Below, in pieces: positions 1 to 7,761 of a stretch of 64,000 nucleotides of DNA (positions are counted from its first letter, which is position 1; each line of letters starts with the position of its first letter). The notes under the pieces were generated by a model. It was not told the DNA's origin, ran no database searches, and worked only from the letters and a program-made list of their open reading frames with translations. The position numbers were made by a program, and so were the translations under genes. Source of the DNA: a virus (taxonomy: Duplodnaviria; Caudoviricetes); the IMG/VR virus record IMGVR_UViG_3300021431_000087, positions 1-64,000 of that record, one strand, 5' to 3'.

Positions 1-54
1 CGATCTCAGGTGGTTGAGGATATAATGTTTCTGACTGTTCCTTCTTTCTTTCAT
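1..54 (-). CDS. Hypothetical protein, 5' fragment running off the window edge
   Basis: ATG at 54 after an A-rich leader; open frame MKEKKEQSETLYPQPPEI to the edge. Confidence 0.45.
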   Translation of the reverse strand, partial: MKERRNSQKHYILNHLRS

Positions 55-70
55 AACGTTTATTTTTAAA

Positions 71-98
71 GGTCAGCCCCGCCGAGGCAGAGCCGACC
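71..98 (-). terminator. GC-rich hairpin downstream of the DUF3127 gene
   Basis: Minus strand GGTCGGCTCTGCCTCGGCGGGGCTGACC followed by TTT; the U-tract is short, so read-through is likely. Confidence 0.5.
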
Positions 99-108
99 AT
101 GTTTTACA

Positions 109-663
109 TTAGAATGGAAGATCGTTATTCTGCTGCGGTGCAGGCTGCGGTACAGGTGCTGGTGAAGGAACTGGCTGCGGAGCTGCCACGGGCTGTGGAG
201 CAACCGCTTGCGGTGCCTGCGGTGCAGCACCACCGTCTACTCGCTCAATCCTATAACCTGCCACGTCGTTGATAATCTTTCCGTTCCACTCGCGGCCTCC
301 CACAACGAACGTAACCTCCACGCGCTCACCTACGGCAAAGCCGTCAAGGTCAGCGCAGTGCTTCTGCGAGAAGGTCAGCTGAAAGAAGTTGTCATACTTT
401 TCACCCGTCTGAGGGTCGTAGCGCGAAATGTCAAGGACGAGGTCTCGCTTGAGGAACTCCTTGCCTGCCTGCTTTGACACATTCGTTGTCTGCCCAATGG
501 ATTTGATAAAACCGACCACACTGTTGCCGCCTGCCTTCTGCTTGAGGATATTCAGTGTTGCGGAAAAGAGTCCGTTCAGTGCAGGATTGTTTAATTGGTT
601 CAACATGCTTGCAAGGCCGCTCTCCTTACACGCCTCGCGGAATTTCTGTTCAATATTTGCCAT
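109..663 (-). CDS. DUF3127 family OB-fold single-stranded DNA-binding protein
   Basis: Core 'GKEFLKRDLVLD...FAVGERVEVTFVVGGREWNGK', Pro/Gln/Ala linker and SSB-type acidic tail NDLPF; lies in a recombination operon. Confidence 0.85.
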   Translation of the reverse strand: MANIEQKFREACKESGLASMLNQLNNPALNGLFSATLNILKQKAGGNSVVGFIKSIGQTTNVSKQAGKEFLKRDLVLDISRYDPQTGEKYDNFFQLTFSQKHCADLDGFAVGERVEVTFVVGGREWNGKIINDVAGYRIERVDGGAAPQAPQAVAPQPVAAPQPVPSPAPVPQPAPQQNNDLPF

Positions 664-669
664 AAAACT

Positions 670-1065
670 TTATATTTTTATTTTTATTTCTATTGGACTA
701 TTTTTATATGTAACTTCAGGAAAGAAATGACGTGGAAGAACTGTATTATAACTACAATCATCTACTTTCAATGGTGCAAAAACACCACCGCATCGCAATG
801 GTTTTTCACTATAAAGGTAAAGAACACCATCCTCATCCCTTGCAAGCCAGTAACTTTTGTTTATTGCAGCATCCAGTCGTCTTGCATCTTCAGTCAGATA
901 GTATGTACTTGTTCCACATCGTTCACCTTTTATAGACAACCCTGCTGCATATCTTCGAAGGGTAGGAGGAAAACACTTGCATAAATCACAAACTTTCCCG
1001 AATGTGACATAATTGTGGTTGTTTTTATATGGATTATTTTCTACTTTCATCTTTTTGACCTCCAA
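670..1065 (-). CDS. Hypothetical phage protein
   Basis: 131-aa ORF tightly packed in the operon; 'WLARDEDGVLYLYSEKP' motif common in phage proteins; start may be slightly downstream. Confidence 0.65.
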   Translation of the reverse strand: MEVKKMKVENNPYKNNHNYVTFGKVCDLCKCFPPTLRRYAAGLSIKGERCGTSTYYLTEDARRLDAAINKSYWLARDEDGVLYLYSEKPLRCGGVFAPLKVDDCSYNTVLPRHFFPEVTYKNSPIEIKIKI

Positions 1066-1918
1066 AAATCTTCTTGTCCGATATAAGTTCTTTATTATTC
1101 AGAAGGAACTGCGCGAACTGCCCACAGATGCCGCATAACGCCTCCGTGCTGCGCTTGTGGTCATACACGTACACCTCGGGGTACATATCACCACAAAGCA
1201 AGGGGGAACGTTTCGTGCCGCCCTTCATCGCAAAGGCGGTGAACTCAAACGCCTGTACCTCAGTCATCTTTCCGCTCTCTATGAGAGTGTAAGGATAGAG
1301 GTGCTGCTGCCAATACTTTGAGTATTTTCCAAACTCATACTTGCTCGTAGTCTTGAGGTCGTACACCATATTACCCCGCACATAGTCTGGATAGCCGTAG
1401 AGCAGAACCTTTCCATATTTTGTGTCAATGGGTGCCTCGGTGTATATCTGACAGAGGGAGTCTTTGAAATACTCGGCAAGGTTCTTGCAGAATGAGATGT
1501 CGAAATAGAACTCAAAGTCACCATTCTTAGCCCATATACACGGCTGCTTGATGGTCTCAAACCACCGCTCATAAGCAAGTGGCTTGTTCTCCACCATATC
1601 CCAAGCACCGTCCTCGCAGAGCTTCTCGAAGGAAGAGAGCGTCTTCACCGTGATATCGTCACGGGTGGACTTCGTCTTCATCACGATGCAGTCCACAATC
1701 TCGTTCAGACAAGACCCACGGCTTGCAGCCTCACTCTCAAATGGAACGCGATTAATCTTATCAATAAGCTCCTTGAACTTCTGCTCCTCATACTCGGCAT
1801 AGGTCAACGATGGTTCTTCGGAATGCCCGAAGAACTTCTCGTAGTTGGCTTCGCAGTCGAGGTACGACTGAAAGGAATCGAGCAGGCTCGGTGAGAACTT
1901 GAAACTGTACTCACTCAT
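1034..1918 (-). CDS. PD-(D/E)XK (Cas4/RecB-like) exonuclease
   Basis: FSPS N-terminal motif, 'YGYPDY...VYDLKTT' and 'QQHLY'; coupled to the Sak4-like gene. Confidence 0.8.
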   Translation of the reverse strand: MSEYSFKFSPSLLDSFQSYLDCEANYEKFFGHSEEPSLTYAEYEEQKFKELIDKINRVPFESEAASRGSCLNEIVDCIVMKTKSTRDDITVKTLSSFEKLCEDGAWDMVENKPLAYERWFETIKQPCIWAKNGDFEFYFDISFCKNLAEYFKDSLCQIYTEAPIDTKYGKVLLYGYPDYVRGNMVYDLKTTSKYEFGKYSKYWQQHLYPYTLIESGKMTEVQAFEFTAFAMKGGTKRSPLLCGDMYPEVYVYDHKRSTEALCGICGQFAQFLLNNKELISDKKIFGGQKDESRK

Positions 1919-2865
1919 GCCGACTCGTATTTATTATTGATAGCGTCGAACTTCAACTTTAATTCCGCAGCCTTGGCGGCAAGAAGCTTCTCCGTGCGCA
2001 CCTTTGAGTCCCACACGTGATTGGTATATGCCTCAATTTTTCCGAACACCTCGTTGGCGGTGTCGGCATCCTTCACGGCAGCGATACCCTTGCCGAAGGA
2101 ATCAATCAGCTTATCGTACTTCTGACGGATGCTTGCAGTGTTCTGAAGGTCACGCTCATACTGTGCGAAGACAAGGGAAAGGAAGTTATTCTCACCTGTC
2201 ACCATACCATTCTCATCTATAATGGTCAGAACCTTGTGCGCTGGAGGAAGGTTGCAGGTGTTCTTGGCATAGAAACGCTCGTCTCCGCTCCAATACACCA
2301 CCCTATCCTTGCCAATTTTACTCATGTAACCAACAAGGTCTAACTCCTTGATAAGATCACCTGCGGAAGAACCTCCAATTTCCGGACGGATAAGACGGGT
2401 GTCACCATCCTTCTCCTCCTTCATGTGGGCGACGAAGACGACATGCTTGCCCATAAGGCTCACCCGCTTGAGAAAATTGATGAACATAGACTTGCGGACT
2501 CCATAGCCCTGCAACGTAAGAGACCCGTCAGCCTTGCCATATCGGGAGTTTTCCTTGATGATAGCTGCACCCATGTAGTCGAGCATCTTGCCCGCCGTGT
2601 CAATTACGATGGTCTTGCAGGGAACAGAGCCGCTTTCAATCTCCTTGAGGGCTTCGTTCACCTGTTCCCAATTCTCCACCTGCAATGTGGGGCACTGGAA
2701 AGCTCCGTTGACTCGCTGAACTCCACCATCGAAATCAAGGAGCAACGGTGTGGGGGCAGAAAGGGCAAGCGTGCTCTTTCCCGTTCCGGGGTCTCCGTAG
2801 ATAAGAGCCTTAATAGTGTGGCTCACTTGCAACTCACTCGGGTTGCGGAATAATGATTTACTCAT
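1915..2865 (-). CDS. Sak4-like AAA ATPase (AAA_24), single-strand annealing recombinase
   Basis: Walker A GDPGTGKS, 'LLLDFDGG', Walker B 'TIVIDT', 'VVFVAH'; next to exonuclease and SSB. Confidence 0.88.
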   Translation of the reverse strand: MSKSLFRNPSELQVSHTIKALIYGDPGTGKSTLALSAPTPLLLDFDGGVQRVNGAFQCPTLQVENWEQVNEALKEIESGSVPCKTIVIDTAGKMLDYMGAAIIKENSRYGKADGSLTLQGYGVRKSMFINFLKRVSLMGKHVVFVAHMKEEKDGDTRLIRPEIGGSSAGDLIKELDLVGYMSKIGKDRVVYWSGDERFYAKNTCNLPPAHKVLTIIDENGMVTGENNFLSLVFAQYERDLQNTASIRQKYDKLIDSFGKGIAAVKDADTANEVFGKIEAYTNHVWDSKVRTEKLLAAKAAELKLKFDAINNKYESA

Positions 2866-2909
2866 AAAACTTTACTTTTAAAGGATAAAACTAATAGTTA
2901 TTGTCGATA

Positions 2910-2943
2910 CAAAGATACGAATATTCTATTTATTTACCAAATA
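2910..2943 (-). promoter_or_regulatory. Bacteroidetes sigma-A promoter of the recombination operon, overlapped by a 17-bp palindromic box
   Basis: Minus strand TTTG(2941-2938)-N20-TATCTTTG(2917-2910); box TATTTATTTACCAAATA at 2927-2943. Confidence 0.75.
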
Positions 2944-2955
2944 TATTTGCATAGT

Positions 2956-3498
2956 TTAGCAGAAAAGATTATGGTCTTTCGCATACTTGACGAAATCCGC
3001 CCTGTTCCGTGAGTTCGTCTTTATATATGCAGATGATATGTGTCTCTTGACCGTATTCGGGGAAAGGTAGAGTGCCTCCGCTATCTCCGTATTGCTCCTT
3101 CCGTCACAGACGAGTTTCATCACCCTCTTCTCCGCATCGCTAAGGCGTGAGTCCATCTTCGGCATACATATAATTCCCTCATAGGCGCACTCCCCTTGCA
3201 GGGGACATGAGACACGCTCTATGTTGAAGACCCCGCTCGTCACGTCCCGTTTTGTATGGTCAAGGTTGCCGAAGTTGCACTTGCAGAACCTCCGTACGAT
3301 GAGGAACTGAAAATAAGGTCTGTTAGCCTTCGATTTCTCGTAGCACTGGCACAGCGCCCTATAAGCCTGCGGATACAGTTCCCTTATCCGCTCTATCATC
3401 AACGGCACGACGGGTGAGCCTTCCACAAGAGACTGAAGACCATTCTCCGACTGATAAAATACCTCGTCACCGCTTATGAAAAACTCCATCACTTCCAT
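2956..3498 (-). CDS. LuxR C-terminal HTH regulator with Cys-rich N-terminal domain
   Basis: 'LSDAEKRVMKLVCDGRSNTEIAEALYLSPNTVKRHISSAYIK' LuxR HTH; Cys cluster CKC...CPLQGECAYEGIIC. Confidence 0.85.
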   Translation of the reverse strand: MEVMEFFISGDEVFYQSENGLQSLVEGSPVVPLMIERIRELYPQAYRALCQCYEKSKANRPYFQFLIVRRFCKCNFGNLDHTKRDVTSGVFNIERVSCPLQGECAYEGIICMPKMDSRLSDAEKRVMKLVCDGRSNTEIAEALYLSPNTVKRHISSAYIKTNSRNRADFVKYAKDHNLFC

Positions 3499-3716
3499 AA
3501 ATCCTCAATCTTTATGCCAGTCAACTCGGATAGTGCCTTCACATGCATAAAATTCTGCGGACGCATTCCATATATGCACCAGTTACGGGCAGTCTGCTCA
3601 GATACGGAACACCTCTCGGAGATACGTTTTAAGAACTCTTTTCTCGGAGCAGTCCTCAAAGGGAGGCTCTCATAATAACCCTTTAGGGTCAATTTCTCAT
3701 TTTTTTTTGCTTCCAT
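3489..3716 (-). CDS. Cro-like small HTH protein
   Basis: 75 aa, HTH 'ISERCSVSEQTARNW', divergent from the XRE repressor. Confidence 0.7.
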   Translation of the reverse strand: MEAKKNEKLTLKGYYESLPLRTAPRKEFLKRISERCSVSEQTARNWCIYGMRPQNFMHVKALSELTGIKIEDLWK

Positions 3717-3718
3717 GT

Positions 3719-3804
3719 TTTGTTATTATTACTTTTTTATTATCTTTGTATTAAAGAATAAATACTTTTATGCAAAGATATGAAGAATATGCAAAATACG
3801 CAAA
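3719..3804. promoter_or_regulatory. Lysis/lysogeny switch: two face-to-face promoters
   Basis: Plus strand TTTG 3719-3722 and TATCTTTG 3741-3748; minus strand TTTG 3804-3801, N20, TATCTTTG 3780-3773. Confidence 0.7.
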
Positions 3805-3825
3805 TTTGACATCATATTTTAAATA

Positions 3826-3842
3826 TATTTAGTAAACAAATA
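3826..3842. promoter_or_regulatory. 17-bp palindromic box (operator candidate)
   Basis: TATTTAGTAAACAAATA, 4 nt upstream of the repressor ATG; matches boxes at 2927, 31797, 43298 and 47135. Confidence 0.65.
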
Positions 3843-3846
3843 CTTT

Positions 3847-4242
3847 ATGAAGTTCAAACTGAAGGATTTTAGACAGGCACACGGGTTGTTCCAATCGGAC
3901 ATGGCAGAGTTGCTCGGCCTGACACAGTCAACCGTATCGCGGGCAGAGCTGAAGGAAGGTGGAATCGAGCTCACCTATCCACAGCGCATGACTCTTTTTG
4001 AGAAATACGGGGAAGAGGATGTGTCTTCCTTCTTTATAGAGGAAGATAAGGAAATCAACATCATTAACAATGGGAACGTTAATGATGACGGATTTCAGAA
4101 CAACGGCGTCATAAAGAATGACAAGCTGATACTTAAGATTGTGAACGAGCAGTCAGGCACGATTGCGAGTCTTACTAAGAAACTTACGGAACAGACAGAC
4201 AGGATGCTTGCCATCCTTGAAAAGCTAACAGACAAACTATGA
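3847..4242 (+). CDS. XRE-family HTH repressor (CI-like)
   Basis: 'LKDFRQAHGLFQSDMAELLGLTQSTVSRAE' HTH_3 plus C-terminal coiled coil; no S24 peptidase domain visible. Confidence 0.8.
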   Translation: MKFKLKDFRQAHGLFQSDMAELLGLTQSTVSRAELKEGGIELTYPQRMTLFEKYGEEDVSSFFIEEDKEINIINNGNVNDDGFQNNGVIKNDKLILKIVNEQSGTIASLTKKLTEQTDRMLAILEKLTDKL

Positions 4243-4520
4243 GCAGGACAATCGGAGACGTGGAACTGGCAATAGCGGACAGGTTCTTCTATGCGCTGGA
4301 AATCCTAAAAGAAAGGAACGTGATAAGAGGGTTGCAGACGTTTACGAAAAGGCACGGGATAAACTACGGCAACATGAACACGACGAAGAACAACCGTGAC
4401 AGATGTTCCATAAGGACGGAACACCTCGCCTTCTTGGCGCAGGACTATGGAGTTTCGTGCGAATGGCTGCTGCTCGGGAACGGGGAGATGTTCGTCAAAG
4501 GCTCACCCGCGCTTTACTGA
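4239..4520 (+). CDS. Second XRE-like HTH protein
   Basis: ATGA-coupled to the repressor; C-terminal 'YGVSCEWLLLGNGEMF' typical of phage CI-type HTH domains. Confidence 0.7.
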   Translation: MSRTIGDVELAIADRFFYALEILKERNVIRGLQTFTKRHGINYGNMNTTKNNRDRCSIRTEHLAFLAQDYGVSCEWLLLGNGEMFVKGSPALY

Positions 4521-4772
4521 CATCAGCTCCTCTTCGCTGAAGAATACCCTACCCCCTATGTGGCGAGGATGGAGGATGCCGCATCGTCCATAGGCATCAA
4601 GCGTAGGCAGGGATATGCCAAGGAAGGCGGCGGCATCCTTCCTTTTTATGAGCACAGGCTCTTTCTTCTGCAATGAAGAATAAAAATCTGCAAGACGGCT
4701 CTCGACCGCCTTGTTAATCATACGCTCTATGTCTGAAAGCGTAGCCCCTTGTATAAGAACAGCATTATCCAT
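4503..4772 (-). CDS. Excisionase-like HTH_17 (MerR-type) protein
   Basis: 'KRKDAAAFLGISLPTLDAYGRCGILHPRHIGGRVFFSEEEL'; downstream of int; likely start ATG 4772 just after TACCTTTG (4786-4779). Confidence 0.8.
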   Translation of the reverse strand: MDNAVLIQGATLSDIERMINKAVESRLADFYSSLQKKEPVLIKRKDAAAFLGISLPTLDAYGRCGILHPRHIGGRVFFSEEELMSVKRG

Positions 4773-4864
4773 CCGATACAAAGGTACAAATAATATTGAA
4801 TATATGAAATAACAAGACGGATATTTTGCATATTTTAATGAAATATATCTTGACACTAAATACC

Positions 4865-6112
4865 TTATTCTTTCTTTTTTGCTTTCCAGTGTTCCGCAAG
4901 CATCCTTGCGTGTTCATCCCTGCCCACCTTAATATATTTAAGGAAGGCAGACTCCGTCCTATGCCCCGTGATGCTCATGATACTTATGGAGGGGAAACCG
5001 GACTTGTAAAGGTTTGTCGCGAATGACCGCCTGCCCGTGTGAGATGAGACAAGCATCCACTTGCGGTATCTCGCCGTTTCCCTTTTCCCGCCTCTGGTGA
5101 CGGATATAATGACTCTTGCATTTATACGCGCCGCCTTGCAGACCTCCTTTATGCGCCTGTTGAACTTCTGGTTGCTTATACGGATGGGAACGCCGCCGTA
5201 CCTCTCCCATATCTCCATGAAAACGGGATGGATGGGAACGGTGACGTAATTGTTAGTCTTCTGCTGGCGGATGACGATGACGTCCTCCTTTATATTCTCC
5301 TCACAAAGACTCATGATATCGGAAAAGCGCAGTCCTGTCCAGCACTCCATAAGGAAGAGGTCTCTTATCCTCGCAAGCCGCGGGTGCCTCGAGAGGTTAC
5401 ACCTGCGTATCCGCTCGAGCTCCACTTCGTCGAGTGCCACGGCATCGGTCTGCTCCGTCGCCTTCTTGTATGTCTTCCACCTTGCATTGGTAGTGAGCCC
5501 CCTCTCAAATGCAGCACCCATGACGGCCTTGACATCGGATACCTTGTTGGCAATGGTGTTCGTGGCGAGACGCTTGGATTGCAGGAACGATACAAAAGAG
5601 TCAAAAAAGGTTGTGTCAATATCCTCGAAATTGAGAATCCTCTTGTCCTTGTCCTCGTACTCCTTTATATATTCCAACGTGCAAATATATCTCCTTTTCG
5701 TCCTATACGTTATTGTCTGCCCGCCCCGCCGACTGTTGATGCGTGACTCGTTAGCCTCGATAAATTCCTGGAAAAAGTCATGGAACGTCCCGGCCTTTGG
5801 CCTCGCCTTTCCGAAATGGATATCGAGCACCTCCCTCATGCTCTCCTTGGTGACCAATCCCCCCGAATGTGCCGTCTCAACGATATACCCATTAAGCACC
5901 TCGGCTATTCCATCAAGGGCATAGTTGACGCTGTCCCTATAAGGACAGTACATACTTTGTTTTACTCTCTGTTTCTCGGAATCCCAAAAGAAACGCTCCA
6001 CCTTCAAAGGGGTTGCATACATAAGTTTCTCGTTCCTTCCGAAACGCGCCGTGACATAGACGGCCTGTGGCTCATCTATATTCCGTCGTATGACATATTT
6101 GAATACAGGCAT
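4865..6112 (-). CDS. int: Tyrosine recombinase/integrase (Bacteroides type: arm-binding, SAM-like and catalytic domains)
   Basis: Catalytic R (TGLRFSD), K (QQKT), HxxR (SHTGRRS), H (ITGH), Y (KYIK). Confidence 0.95.
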   Translation of the reverse strand: MPVFKYVIRRNIDEPQAVYVTARFGRNEKLMYATPLKVERFFWDSEKQRVKQSMYCPYRDSVNYALDGIAEVLNGYIVETAHSGGLVTKESMREVLDIHFGKARPKAGTFHDFFQEFIEANESRINSRRGGQTITYRTKRRYICTLEYIKEYEDKDKRILNFEDIDTTFFDSFVSFLQSKRLATNTIANKVSDVKAVMGAAFERGLTTNARWKTYKKATEQTDAVALDEVELERIRRCNLSRHPRLARIRDLFLMECWTGLRFSDIMSLCEENIKEDVIVIRQQKTNNYVTVPIHPVFMEIWERYGGVPIRISNQKFNRRIKEVCKAARINARVIISVTRGGKRETARYRKWMLVSSHTGRRSFATNLYKSGFPSISIMSITGHRTESAFLKYIKVGRDEHARMLAEHWKAKKKE

Positions 6113-6156
6113 GGATGAAAATATTAAAAACGGGGCAAATATATAAAAAAAATCAG

Positions 6157-6420
6157 TGTTCCGTTTTTGTTCCGCTAAAATTTGGTTTTTCTTCTTTTTT
6201 TTTACTTTTTATTATTACTTTTGCAAGGTAGCGAAATGCGTAAATAACTGAGAAACAAATATGATAGGAAAATCGCTAAAATTGCGAAAAAGTGGGGTCG
6301 AGTTCCAACGGAATCACAACCCTTCGCAGGCAAACAATGCTGTAACAAACAGATGTTCAGTTATTTATAAGAAAAAAAAAACAGACCTCGTTTTGTCGTT
6401 TTGTTCCGTTATTGTTCCGT
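6157..6420. other. Putative attP: tRNA 3'-end-like core flanked by arm-type repeats
   Basis: TGTTCCG direct repeats at 6157, 6168, 6402 and 6413 (two pairs, 11-bp period) flank GGGGTCGAGTTCCAACGGAATCAC (6294-6317), which resembles a T-arm plus acceptor strand. Confidence 0.7.
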
Positions 6421-6878
6421 CTCAATGTTAAGGTTATATAAAATTATGCTTTTCTGTCATATCTTTTTATTATGGCAAATAGATGTTAAGATATTTCATA
6501 TTTCGCATATTATGCATACAGAATATATTTGTTAGGGTATCGCCAAAGGGAACAGCATCTTTGCTGTTCTTTTTTTTGAACAGGCAAGGAATCATTGACG
6601 AGTAATTGATGAGTTCTTTATATTTTCGTTGGAGGTAGCCCAGGACACAATATCCACTTGCCATAACCCAGATTTGATAGGTAACCTCTTGATGTCGTAC
6701 CTTGACCTTGTATTTTGTTTTGATTTTCCATGATTTATCTATAATGAACGTTCTTAGAATGCTTATCCGCTTGTGCAACGATGGAACAGAAGAGCTTATT
6801 CATTTCGTAAGAATCATAAACTCGTCTGTCTCCCCTTACCAATCTTATGCCATTGATATTTACCTCCATAATCTATCT

Positions 6879-7217
6879 TCAATTTTCAATGATCGGTTTA
6901 TAATACCCTCCTTCCCTTGCAAGTTTCTTCAAGTCTTCTAAAGCCTCATTAGGTGTGTCTCCAACACCATAAATACGCTGTGGAAGGGATGGGGATTCCT
7001 TGTCTATCAGGATAGAGCCATCTTCTTCAAAATTGTCTGTTACAAGTTTAGAGTAGCTATCCAATGGGAAGGCGAGATACTTTCCTCCGGTATATGCACC
7101 GCCGAACCTGTCAGTAACGATGGTCAATGGGTATATGGTGCCATCATCACAAATGGTTAGCTCCACGGGACATACATCTCCGGGATATACCTCTACGTCA
7201 ATGTAATATTTTTCCAT
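6879..7217 (-). CDS. Hypothetical protein (moron next to attP)
   Basis: 112-aa acidic ORF; C-terminal 'GVGDTPNEALEDL' resembles a HicB-like fold motif. Confidence 0.65.
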   Translation of the reverse strand: MEKYYIDVEVYPGDVCPVELTICDDGTIYPLTIVTDRFGGAYTGGKYLAFPLDSYSKLVTDNFEEDGSILIDKESPSLPQRIYGVGDTPNEALEDLKKLAREGGYYKPIIEN

Positions 7218-7221
7218 GATT

Positions 7222-7650
7222 TTACTTTTTTCCGAATATCATTTTTGAGAAAGAGATACAATACGGCCACAATGCCTTTTCCTTTGTCGTTGCCTTATAG
7301 CACCAACTTTTTACTTTTATATGCTTTGAGGTGTCATATATATCGTTTATGAACGAGAAATCCACATAGCCCTCATTGTCCACCTCTATTTTATCCGGGA
7401 TTTCTATAAAGCCTTCTATGTGTTCTTTCGTTCCATCGTTTTTGAGGATGGCACTGGTTGCACTTACGAACACGGCATTTTTATGTTCACCAGTTTCTTC
7501 ACATACCACATCGAGGATGTGGGAAAAATAGATATCCCACCATCCCATTTCATCGTAGGTATATGGGAAGTATGGTTTCTTGTCAGGCAAGCTATACCAT
7601 GTGTTTGAAGAACGCCCAAATCCACGCCAAATAAAATCGTCTTCTTCCAT
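7222..7650 (-). CDS. Hypothetical protein (moron next to attP)
   Basis: 142-aa ORF with its own TATCTTTG promoter at about 7666-7673, downstream of the tail-operon terminator. Confidence 0.65.
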   Translation of the reverse strand: MEEDDFIWRGFGRSSNTWYSLPDKKPYFPYTYDEMGWWDIYFSHILDVVCEETGEHKNAVFVSATSAILKNDGTKEHIEGFIEIPDKIEVDNEGYVDFSFINDIYDTSKHIKVKSWCYKATTKEKALWPYCISFSKMIFGKK

Positions 7651-7700
7651 AAGCTATTATTTTTGCAAAGATAACTAAATAATCACAATGTTCCAAATAA

Positions 7701-7731
7701 ACCCCGCCCTATCTTCACAGACAAGGCGGGA
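7701..7731 (-). terminator. Intrinsic terminator of the tail operon
   Basis: Minus strand CCCGCCTTGTC-TGTGAA-GATAGGGCGGG followed by GTTTATTT. Confidence 0.7.
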
Positions 7732-7761
7732 TAGATAAAAGAAAACTATTTATGGAACTCA

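Noticed and set aside
1034-1918. CRISPR-Cas (Cas4) locus or mini-array
   Set aside because: The nuclease is in a Sak4-SSB recombination operon, and no repeat-spacer array was seen anywhere.
2956-3498. Quorum-sensing link between the LuxR-type gene and mtnN (AI-2/AHL)
   Set aside because: Only the LuxR HTH is recognisable; there is no autoinducer-binding domain and no luxS or luxI in the window.
6294-6317. Complete tRNA gene
   Set aside because: Only a 3' T-arm/acceptor-like fragment is present, with no 5' half; better explained as an att core.
6470-6778. 102-aa ORF next to attP
   Set aside because: Weak start, AT-rich, no motifs, and it overlaps alternative short ORFs; not supportable as a gene.
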